Positions 10,473 to 20,120 of a stretch of DNA of 32,792 nt are shown piece by piece. Location: NCBI GenBank assembly GCA_012862495.1, contig BLSG01000133.1, forward strand, positions 13,039 to 45,830, in the 5' to 3' direction. The position numbers and the translations under genes are program-made. The notes under the pieces were generated by a model that was not told where the DNA came from, searched no databases, and worked only from the letters and a program-made list of their open reading frames with translations. Every line of letters begins with the position of its first letter. Positions within the stretch are counted from its first letter, which is position 1. This stretch comes from Thraustochytrium aureum (Eukaryota).

Positions 10473-11489
10473 CTAGACGATTTGCTCTGGCGTCCGGAAA
10501 AGCATGGACTTGCAGGTCGGCCAGTGAATCCCGTCCCCCGGAGGCTTTCGCATCGATGGCACGAGCCATGAGAGCGGGAACCGCGACCGCCCAAACACTT
10601 GCTCCCAGTTTGCAGTCGGGCCCAGGTCGTAATCGTTCACAAAGGTTCGCCCTTCGAAGCGAGCGCGCGCCGCCTTCGACTTGTTCGTGTGGTACTCGAT
10701 GGTGGTCTGGCCTGTGTGTATCAAATACAGGTGGAAGCCGACGAGCAGGGCAAGCGCGCCGCCCACAGCGCCGCACAATAACAGCGCAAAGAGACGGCCT
10801 TTGCTCAGCACTGCTCCGTGGCGAAACTCCTCGCGCATTACCTTGGCGACCTCGGCGCTGTGAAAGTACGATTCTAGCCCAAACTCTGGCGAGACAGCGT
10901 AAAAGCTAAGCGTGATTGCCACCACATAAGCGCAGCCCACCATCAGGTACAGCATGAACAGCACAAAGTACCGGTAGTTGTTGTATCCCACGCAGTTGTT
11001 GACCCACGGACAGTGGTGATCCATAGCAAGCACGCACCTATCGCAGATCCCGCAGTGATGCGCACGGGCCGGCTTTAAGGTCTCGCATTTGCGGCACGTC
11101 GGGGTTCCTGCGGGCGCGTTCGCAACCGAACTCGCCTTGCCCATCTCTGCCTCGGCCGCGGGCTGACTGCGCCGGTTGACCATGAGGCTTCCTTCGCGCG
11201 AGTGGCCCACGGCGCCGCCCTCGACGTCCAGGTGCTCGCCGAGCCCGCGCGGTGGTTTCCCAGGGTCGGTGATATGCACAGCGTCCAATTGAAGTAGATA
11301 TTCGCCAGCAGCCAGAGCCCCGGGCACATAATCGCAGCCTGTTTCCAGACGTCGAGGTCTCGTGGGATGAGCGGGTCCAAAACCAGCGAAATGTACGCCA
11401 CCGCCGTGACCAGGCCCATCCCCAGGGCAACAAACCCCGGTCCCACCGCCTTGCACATCAGCCCGGACACTCTTCCGAACGCGTTGACC
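10473..11489 (-). CDS. DHHC protein S-acyltransferase (palmitoyltransferase), ZDHHC16-like; 5' end in gap; frameshift near 11272
   Basis: [58 protein letters not shown]...NWEQVFG and four hydrophobic helices. The first two helices are in the neighbouring frame ([13 protein letters not shown]...[10 protein letters not shown]). Confidence 0.93.
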   Translation of the reverse strand, partial: GQRVRKSVRADVQGGGTGVCCPGDGPGHGGGVHFAGFGPAHPTRPRRLETGCDYVPGALAAGEYLLQLDAVHITDPGKPPRGLGEHLDVEGGAVGHSREGSLMVNRRSQPAAEAEMGKASSVANAPAGTPTCRKCETLKPARAHHCGICDRCVLAMDHHCPWVNNCVGYNNYRYFVLFMLYLMVGCAYVVAITLSFYAVSPEFGLESYFHSAEVAKVMREEFRHGAVLSKGRLFALLLCGAVGGALALLVGFHLYLIHTGQTTIEYHTNKSKAARARFEGRTFVNDYDLGPTANWEQVFGRSRFPLSWLVPSMRKPPGDGIHWPTCKSMLFRTPEQIV

Positions 11490-12417
11490 NNNNNNNNNNN
11501 NNNNNNNNNNNNNNNNNNNNNNNNNNNNNNNNNNNNNNNNNNNNNNNNNNNNNNNNNNNNNNNNNNNNNNNNNNNNNNNNNNNNNNNNNNNNNNNNNNNN
11601 NNNNNNNNNNNNNNNNNNNNNNNNNNNNNNNNNNNNNNNNNNNNNNNNNNNNNNNNNNNNNNNNNNNNNNNNNNNNNNNNNNNNNNNNNNNNNNNNNNNN
11701 NNNNNNNNNNNNNNNNNNNNNNNNNNNNNNNNNNNNNNNNNNNNNNNNNNNNNNNNNNNNNNNNNNNNNNNNNNNNNNNNNNNNNNNNNNNNNNNNNNNN
11801 NNNNNNNNNNNNNNNNNNNNNNNNNNNNNNNNNNNNNNNNNNNNNNNNNNNNNNNNNNNNNNNNNNNNNNNNNNNNNNNNNNNNNNNNNNNNNNNNNNNN
11901 NNNNNNNNNNNNNNNNNNNNNNNNNNNNNNNNNNNNNNNNNNNNNNNNNNNNNNNNNNNNNNNNNNNNNNNNNNNNNNNNNNNNNNNNNNNNNNNNNNNN
12001 NNNNNNNNNNNNNNNNNNNNNNNNNNNNNNNNNNNNNNNNNNNNNNNNNNNNNNNNNNNNNNNNNNNNNNNNNNNNNNNNNNNNNNNNNNNNNNNNNNNN
12101 NNNNNNNNNNNNNNNNNNNNNNNNNNNNNNNNNNNNNNNNNNNNNNNNNNNNNNNNNNNNNNNNNAATGCTTCGTAACTGGGGCGTGCATGTGACGAATA
12201 GAGCCGGTAAGTCCGGCCCGTTGCAGTTGCAACGCGGACCCTCGGCGGACTCGACGAAAACGAGCGCCTGCCGCAGTCGCCAAACGAACGAACGGCGAGG
12301 CTGGCGCAGGCCGTCAGCAACAGCAGCAGCTGCGCCAGCGGCGACCTCGTTCGTCGGCAGGAGGGCCTGGCTAGCAACTCTGGCAGTGTGAAAAGCGCGC
12401 GCCCAAGCGCCAAAGCC

Positions 12418-13140
12418 ATGGGAGCCGCCTCGAGCGTCCCCAAAGGTGCGGAAGGGGAAAACAAGTCCGGCGCGAAGAACATGTTTGGCAGCAAACTCAA
12501 GCGAAGGCTGAGCGCGGTGAACACCAACGTGCCCAGGGTTCGGCGAGCTGGGTCGGATGACAAAATCAAGTTCATGGGTGTGGCTCTCGACTTTTCTTCC
12601 GACCCGACCGCAGCCCGCGTTCCGAGCGGCTGCCAACGGTGCAACTGCGAGGGGGAAGTAGACCTGGCTGCGATTGAGCAGTCTCCGGACCTGCATGTCA
12701 CCGAGTTTATTGAAGAGGAGATCAAGCGCGTCACGACGTACCAGCCCAACCTGCTTCGCACGGGCGTCACGGCGCGAGGTGCAAAGTACATGGGCCCGTG
12801 GTTCCACCCCGAGTCGGCCGCGGAGGCACCAAAAGAGCTGCGGTTGATCGTACCGCATTTCCAAGACGGGCAGTGGGTCGAACCGTGGCATGTGACCAAC
12901 TGGATCAAGTTCGACGACCCGTACACACACGTGCGTTCGCGCTTTCGCACGTGGCGTCGCGTGGAGCGCACGTCTCTCAAGCCCAAGCCCGAGCCAGAAG
13001 ACGGCCAGGAGGCTGCAGCGGAGGAGGCGAGTTCAGGAAGCAATGACGAGCCAGCAAGAAGTCCAACAATTGAGCCAGCGGCAGCGCCGGCTATTGAGCC
13101 GATTGCGGAGGAAGACGAGCGCGACGAGGCTCATGCGTGA
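12418..13140 (+). CDS. Hypothetical protein (~240 aa) with N-myristoylation-type start MGAASS and acidic tail
   Basis: Uninterrupted ORF from ATG 12418 with GC3-rich codons and a Trp/aromatic-rich core (YMGPWFHP...WVEPWHVTNWIKFDDPY); followed by an A-rich 3' region. No family recognised. Confidence 0.7.
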   Translation: MGAASSVPKGAEGENKSGAKNMFGSKLKRRLSAVNTNVPRVRRAGSDDKIKFMGVALDFSSDPTAARVPSGCQRCNCEGEVDLAAIEQSPDLHVTEFIEEEIKRVTTYQPNLLRTGVTARGAKYMGPWFHPESAAEAPKELRLIVPHFQDGQWVEPWHVTNWIKFDDPYTHVRSRFRTWRRVERTSLKPKPEPEDGQEAAAEEASSGSNDEPARSPTIEPAAAPAIEPIAEEDERDEAHA

Positions 13141-13269
13141 GAATCTTGATCAATCAATCAAAGAACGAGAAGAAAAACAACAACGAGGGAAATGAATTGA
13201 AAGCAAGGGCGCGCGCCAGCCGGCCAAAGCGCCTATTCGTTCAATCTTGACCAGTGCGCTGCTGGCGTG

Positions 13270-14419
13270 CTACAAGTTGTGCCGCACCCGGGCGATTTCC
13301 TCTTGAAGCTCAGACACAATGTCCTGCGCGGCGCTAACATCCAAGAGCTTGCGCTCTTTGAACACGTCGCAGATCTTCAGCGCAAGGCGCGACTTGACCT
13401 GCTGAACATGGTCCGCGATGGCGTTCTGCGCGGAAGCAGGGAGCGTTGCGAATTTGTGCCCCTGCGAATCGAGCGCGCTCGCAAGCATAGCGTCAACCAG
13501 GTTCCTCGCTGTAGACTCTTCTTGGCCTTCCGGCACGTGGTAGATGTCCGGGTCGGCCGAGAGGAACTGGCTTGCGGTAAGGTTGTTGCGGCGCAGGATC
13601 TCGTTGATTCTTGCTCGATCCGTTGTCCTGGAGATCTCCTCAAAGGCGTTCGCGAGAGCTTCGCTGTATTCGGCGAGCCCCTCGGCGCCACCATCTGCCC
13701 CTGCGCCGTCCTCGGACGCTGCGTCCCACGAATCGCCTTCAAGGCGCCAGGACATCAGGTCACCAGTTCCCAAATCGCACAGCGTGTGCTTTCCGCAAAA
13801 GTACACCTCGGCGCTCTCACTCGTGGCCACGTACGGCAGGAGCGCGTCGTACAGGATATTGTACACCGGGTACCGTGAGCTTGTCGCCGCCGACGCCGTC
13901 GTCCAGTTCAGTGGTCTTGCCTGATTTTTCGACTACGGTGGCTGGCCACCAGACTGCCACAGTGTCGCTATCGTCCTCATCCTCTTCTTCGTCCACCACC
14001 TCCTCGGCGACGGCATTGTCGTTAGCAGCGCCTTCATCTCGTGGGACTTGCTCTGGTGCGGAGGGCGCAGAGGCCTTGGCATCCTTCGAGACATGACCAC
14101 TGCTTGTTCCTGCGCTGTTGGGTGGCTTGTTTTCTCCTTTGCTGTCGTCGAGGGCCTGGTCCTCCTCGTTGTCCCCTTTGTACACGCGCCACTTGACCTC
14201 GATCTTGCGACCGGGGACTGCCCCGAAGCGGCCCGAGGTCCCCGTCTGGCACGCCGGCGAGCGAGAACAACTTGCCCTCGAGCGCTCCCACGCCGCGTCC
14301 GGCCCCCGTCACGTCCCATTCCCGCGTGGTCCCCCAGCCTCTTCCACGCCGTTCCCCTCCACCTTCCTCTTCTTCATCTCGGGTCCATCATGCCGGGCAG
14401 CGTTCGCCATCTCGTCCAT
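13270..14419 (-). CDS. Hypothetical protein with possible split Tudor/Agenet-like beta domain; three or more frameshifts (about 14300, 14222, 13868)
   Basis: Fragments join into MDEMANAARH...KKRKVE...LEGKLFSLAGVPDG...AVPGRKIEVKWRVYKGD[acidic insert]VWWPATVVE...VPVYNILYD...WRLEG...helical C-terminus, TAG at 13270-13272. KKRK is a possible NLS. Confidence 0.7.
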
Positions 14420-15443
14420 CGCAGCACTCGCCCGCCACGCACNNNNNNNNNNNNNNNNNNNNNNNNNNNNNNNNNNNNNNNNNNNNNNNNNNNNNNNNNN
14501 NNNNNNNNNNNNNNNNNNNNNNNNNNNNNNNNNNNNNNNNNNNNNNNNNNNNNNNNNNNNNNNNNNNNNNNNNNNNNNNNNNNNNNNNNNNNNNNNNNNN
14601 NNNNNNNNNNNNNNNNNNNNNNNNNNNNNNNNNNNNNNNNNNNNNNNNNNNNNNNNNNNNNNNNNNNNNNNNNNNNNNNNNNNNNNNNNNNNNNNNNNNN
14701 NNNNNNNNNNNNNNNNNNNNNNNNNNNNNNNNNNNNNNNNNNNNNNNNNNNNNNNNNNNNNNNNNNNNNNNNNNNNNNNNNNNNNNNNNNNNNNNNNNNN
14801 NNNNNNNNNNNNNNNNNNNNNNNNNNNNNNNNNNNNNNNNNNNNNNNNNNNNNNNNNNNNNNNGAATCTGGCTAGCAAACGTCGGCTTTGGCAGCAGGTC
14901 CGTTTGACTGGCAAAGACTCGGGCTGCGGACGGCGGCGGCCTGGCAAAGAATCTGGCTGGCAAGCCTCGGGCTGCCAGCAAAGACTCTGGCTGGAAGGCA
15001 GGCTGGCAAGGCTGCGTCCCGCGCAGCGAAGGCCGGACTTTCGTCGCGGGACGACCGGTTTGGTGGAACGTTTGGAGGCGCGAGCGCCCGGCGTGAAGAC
15101 TCGCTCAGTAGGCCAGAGGCGCATGGTGGAGGCACCTGCAGCGCAGGGCGCGTAGCTTATTTCGCTGCGCCGGCATCGATCCTCCAAAGCGGCCTCCGGA
15201 CGAACAAGCATCGCGTGGTGCGAAAGAAAGGAAGCGCCTTGACAAAGCGGACTGGCCAGAAGAATTCGCATCGGGCAGTCCGGGGAGGGCCAGGGCGGGC
15301 CGGGGCCAGTAGTGGCGCCGCCGCGTGACCAGCGTGTGAGCCGAGCCGGCTCGCAACCGGTCTGCAACGTGGTCCTGTTGACGGGGTCTGCTGCGGACCA
15401 AGTCGAATACGAAGACAGCGAGGACGACAACGCCACAATTGTG

Positions 15444-18145
15444 ATGTCCGACTCTGGGTCAGAGGTCAACGACGCAGATGATCCCGCGGAGGTAGGAGCC
15501 GCACCGCGGCAGTGGCTGGCGGAGCGCATGTGGCCCGCAACCCTCCAGAGCATCGTCAGCAACCCAAAGCGAGCTGGGGTCGTCTGGTTGGGCGTCAATG
15601 CGTTGTTCGTGGGTGTGGGCGAGGTTGTATCACTGCTCTGCTGGGCGCTGAGCACTCCAGGATTTTTCGTGTTGCTGGGGTTCGGGATCTACGGCCTTGT
15701 GTACAATGTCGCGAGGGCGATCACCTACCCCGGGCTTTTGAGCAACGTGCAGCGCTCGCTGGAGAAGGACATAGCGCAGGAAGTGAAGCGGCACACCGTT
15801 CGATATCTTCAGCTCTACGTGCGCGTGCTCAACTACATGGGCCACCTTGGGTAAACCAGCGGCGGGCCTTCCCGCTCGCCAAAGCAAAGCGCAGCTTGCT
15901 GCGCTGCACGGCAAGGCGCAAGAAGGGCGGCGCGCGGCGCTCGAGCCGCTGCTCTGCACGCTCGACCGCCTCCGCGAGAGCAGCCCTGGACACGACCTTG
16001 CGAACGGCGGGGAAGAGCTCTATCGCGCGATGCAGTGCCTTCTGGAGGTCGATAAACACTTTCAGGCGGCCGTGCTCGCGCCCGCGCTGGCCGCGCTTGA
16101 CGCGGAAGGCATGCCTGGGTTTGCAAACGCGGTACGACCTGCGATTGAGCAGCTTGCTTTCGACCCGGTCAAGCTTTGCGAGGAGGATGTGTCGTGCATG
16201 GGCTCTGCCGCGGGCGATCGCGAGACAGACCCTGACGCTGTGCGCGAGCGCCTGGCGCAAGAGCCAATGCGGTCGCTTGACTACCTCGTGTATTACGTTC
16301 GGCGCTGCGTCGACTACGCAAGCTTTTTGCAGGAGCACCAGCCCGCGCTGTCGCTCAAGGCGGGAGGCGCCGCGCCGGGCGACGAGGTGTTCAGTACTCC
16401 GTCAGACCCTGCGCACGTGGAGATCGAAATGTCGGCTACCATGGACTCTGATGCCTCAGCAGACGCGGCGGGTGGAACGGCAGAGCCTGCGCCACCGACA
16501 TCGGGGACGACAGGGGGCATGATGCTCACGCTTCGAAACACGTTTCGCGACTACCGGGCCTCCAAGGTGCCCATGTGCGCTGTAGCCACGATCGACTTTA
16601 TGCGCGCGGGCCTGGAGACGCAGATGGGCGGCACGCAGGCCTGGGTGACCATGGCTGACGGGACGCGAATCGACACGATGTTTCTGCCGGGGCGGGCCAC
16701 GGGGGCCGGGGCTGCGGCTGCGGGGCTGGCAGAGGGCGCGGCGTTTCAAGACCATCGCACCGTGATCATGTGCAACCCGAATTGCGGGATCTACGAGTTC
16801 GCCATGTATCAATGCCAGTGGGCCCGGTTTTACACGAGGCTCGGCATCAACGTCATGCTTTTCAACTACCGCGGGTACGGCAGGTCGCAGGGGTGGCCGT
16901 CGCCGCACATGCTGCGCTCTGACGGTGCCGAGATCGCCGCGCACCTCACGGGCGAGCGCGGCGTGGCGCCCGGCCGGCTCGCCGTGCACGCCGAGAGCAT
17001 CGGCGGCATCGTGGCAAGCCACCTGGCCAGCAAGGCGGAGGAGCTCGGCATCAGCATCGTCGTTGCCGACCGCACCTTTTGCAACTTGCCAGATACTGCC
17101 AACAGCATGGTCGGTCGCTGGGCGGGAACGGTCATAGCCCGCTTGGGCTGGACTGCCGACAATGTCGAGCTGTTCCTAGGGGCATCGCCAGAGCTCCACC
17201 GGCTTGTCACCTGTGACCCAGCCGACGAGATCATTGCCAACTCTGCCTCGCTCAAGGCAGGGGTCGCGCGCCGCCTGGTGCAAGCAGCCTGCGCGGTGGC
17301 TGGCGAGCAAGAGCCGGTCGACGCTGCGCACGCGCGCCTTCTCGCGCTCGCCCAAGCGCACGTCGGGCCGCAAGAGGCTGTGATCGAGTGGGTCTTGGAC
17401 CCGCTCTTCTTTCGACTCGTTCGGGGCTGCCTGTATACAGCTCGTCGAAGCGCAGCGCCAGGCCCACACCGGGGGGCTCGGGGCCTTTGTCAGGCTGGCT
17501 GGCCCCCTGGAGAGTATTGTCAAGCTCGTCTGGTTTGCCGACGGCCATTGCGGCCAGGTCTTGGGGTCGCCGCTCTCAGAGTACTATGAGCATTGGAAGG
17601 AGGAGCGTGCAGCCTCGCGCCGGGCAGGAGCGGGGGCCGCGAGCGCCGCTTCGCCACCGCCCCTTGCCTCTGCCGAGCCGAACGGCTCCAACCTTGCGAG
17701 GGCGGCTGCAGCTGAGCATTGCGCGGCGCTCATGGACTGGGCGCACTGCTTCCTGGTCTGGGGCGGGTGCTCCACCCCGACAAGCGAGCTTGTGGACCCG
17801 GCGAGCGCACGGCAGCATTTCTACAACGTCTGCGGCGAGTCGGGGCACTGCGCCGCGCACGTCCCGGTCCCGCTACCGACGCTGATTCGGGTTTGCGAGC
17901 GCTTTTCGGCGCACTTTTCGGTCGAGCTGGACGGGTGCGGCCTGAAGAGCGCCGTTGACACGGTCGCGTCGTCGCTGGGGCGACTGCAAGCCGCCCACGA
18001 GGCGCGGCCCCAGCCGGACACGCGGCTGCGGCTCTTGCCGCTCGCGTGCGGCCACAACGGCCGCATGCGGGAGGCGGAGGAGCTCGTTGTGCTGGACCAA
18101 CTGCGTCGTGCGGGGTGGCACTCGCTTGACCCCCGGCTCCCTTGA
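15444..18145 (+). CDS. Membrane-anchored alpha/beta hydrolase (ABHD13/16/17-like); frameshifts at 15849-15851 and 17471-17476; start uncertain (frame open from 15312)
   Basis: N-terminal hydrophobic segments; DGTRIDTM, IMCNPNCGIYE, FNYRGYGRSQGWPS, nucleophile elbow HAESIGG, VADRTF, DPADEII and a C-terminal CGHNG. Three ORF pieces join by removing one G at each site. Confidence 0.85.
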
Positions 18146-18715
18146 TCGATTTCCAAAATGATCGAGAGAGTCCAATCCGGGCCGGAGCGGAGCGCCGTGC
18201 AAACAAGGATACGCTGCGCCACTGGCGGGCGCCCTGGTGCGTGTTTGAGGGCAAAGTTGTGGTAAGAGTAGTAGTTGTTGTTGTGTCGAAATTGTTTCAC
18301 CACTTGNNNNNNNNNNNNNNNNNNNNNNNNNNNNNNNNNNNNNNNNNNNNNNNNNNNNNNNNNNNNNNNNNNNNNNNNNNNNNNNNNNNNNNNNNNNNNN
18401 NNNNNNNNNNNNNNNNNNNNNNNNNNNNNNNNNNNNNNNNNNNNNNNNNNNNNNNNNNNNNNNNNNNNNNNNNNNNNNNNNNNNNNNNNNNNNNNNNNNN
18501 NNNNNNNNNNNNNNNNNNNNNNNNNNNNNNNNNNNNNNNNNNNNNNNNNNNNNNNNNNNNNNNNNNNNNNNNNNNNNNNNNNNNNNNNNNNNNNNNNNNN
18601 NNNNNNNNNNNNNNNNNNNNNNNNNNNNNNNNNNNNNNNNNNNNNNNNNNNNNNNNNNNNNNNNNNNNNNNNNNNNNNNNNNNNNNNNNNNNNNNNNNNN
18701 NNNNNNNNNNNNNNN

Positions 18716-19254
18716 CCTCCGCTCGCCTCAGAGCATATCCTCGGGAGCAGGTAGCCCGAGCTGACCGAGTCGATGCCAGCCAGCTTGCTGCCGTGCGAGG
18801 ACTCGGACGGGCTCTGCGGCCGGCCCCGGCGCTGCGAGAGCCGGCTTGCTGCCGCGAGCGCCACGCCGCGCACCGACGCCCTGTTTGAGCTCGCGTGCCG
18901 TTTGATGACCAGGAGCTTGTGAACGTACTTGCCGCCCGACATCTTGCTCTTGTGGAAGAACGAGAACTCGTCTCCGTACCGCTCGCGCAGCATCTGGACC
19001 AAGTACTGCGCGTCCTCGTCGCGAGGGCTCGCGGCGGTTTCTGGCCGGCCGCCCAGCACCCCCCGCGACGAAAACGTTTCCTCAAACTCGTGCAAGATAG
19101 TTTTCCAGGTCGCCACCTCGATGTGCTTTTCGAACTGCGGCGGCACGCTCTCGCGCGTGAACCCTTCGGGCATGACTACGTTTTCGCCGTCCCAAATCAG
19201 TTGCGCGCTCCCGCCGCGCTCTGACGCGCTCGACTTGGCTTGTTGGTTGCCCAT
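18716..19254 (-). CDS. Hypothetical protein with Gly2 N-myristoylation-type start (MGNQQAK); weak resemblance to Erf4/Golgin A7 family; 3' end in gap
   Basis: ORF from ATG 19254 open to the gap; protein-like core FTRESVPPQFEKHIEVATWKTILHEFEETF. Confidence 0.7.
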
Positions 19255-19480
19255 CTTCAAGTTGTTGGGCGTCCGCAACAAATGCGATTCTTACCACTGG
19301 CGCTGTCGCACGGCCGACGGATGAGTTCGGGGTCTGCGTGCGGGCTGACCAGAGCTGTCCGGATGCTCAATCCAAACCAAACCCGACTCGTTGCGCTGGA
19401 TTGAACTTTTGAGCTTGCCAACGAGCACGCCAGAAAGCAGTTGCTCCTTGGCCTCCTTGGTTGAGCACCTGCGAGCTGAA

Positions 19481-19500
19481 TTCTGCTCTGCTCTGCTCTG
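19481..19500. repeat. (YTCTG)4 pentamer repeat
   Basis: TTCTG CTCTG CTCTG CTCTG. Confidence 0.75.
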
Positions 19501-19695
19501 CTGCGTTGACCTGCCGAACGCCAGCGCTGTCGGTGTGCGTCCTCTCCTCCTCACACGTTGATGGCAAACGTGGGACGGACGGGCGAGAACTGCGTCGCGG
19601 CGAGGTGGAGCGCGTCACGTCCTTCGCGGCAACGAACGCGCGTTTCGCCAGGCTTCTCCCTGTCACGGGGCGTCCTTGACGCAACACCGCAACGA

Positions 19696-19752
19696 CAACG
19701 ACAAGCAACGACAAGCAACGACAAGCAACGACAAGCAACGACAAGCAACGAC
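19696..19752. repeat. 10-bp tandem repeat (ACAAGCAACG)5
   Basis: Five perfect copies at 19701-19750 with partial flanking copies. Confidence 0.95.
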
Positions 19753-20120
19753 GGCGGCGACAACAAGATGAACCGACCTTCGCAGGCAGTGCACGGTCCC
19801 TCTGCTCGCACGTTGCACGCTGGCGTTTCCAACTCCTGTTCGCATCCGTGACGGCGTGGCACCTAACGCCCTCCGCATCGGCGAGTTTTGCAGCCCTCGT
19901 CGCCTTCGAAGTAACCTCGGTGATGCTGTCGTGACTTGCGCGATGGAGCCCGTGCTCCCCTTGGGGCGTCTTCCCAAGCAGCATTCGGGTGCGCACCCTT
20001 TTTCGCACCCCGAACGGCGAGGCGACGCGTTGGAGACTCGCGCTCGGGGAACGGCAAGAGGCGGAGCGGGTGGGATGTGCGTTGGTTGATTTTCGATTTG
20101 GCCAGAAACTCTCTCTAGAG

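Noticed and set aside
12207..12386. Possible 5'UTR intron (GTAAGT...GGCAG) before ATG 12418, and a 40-nt GTAAG...AAG before ATG 19254
   Set aside because: Only splice-like ends, no clear branch point and no transcript data; GTAAG also occurs by chance at about 18262.
14864..15330. ORF 14888-15328 and repeated CTGGCAA(A)G words
   Set aside because: Low-complexity upstream region with degenerate short repeats; no support as a separate gene or element.
19768..19851. Small ORF MNRPSQAVHG... after the 10-bp repeat
   Set aside because: 27 codons with no recognisable features or coding bias.
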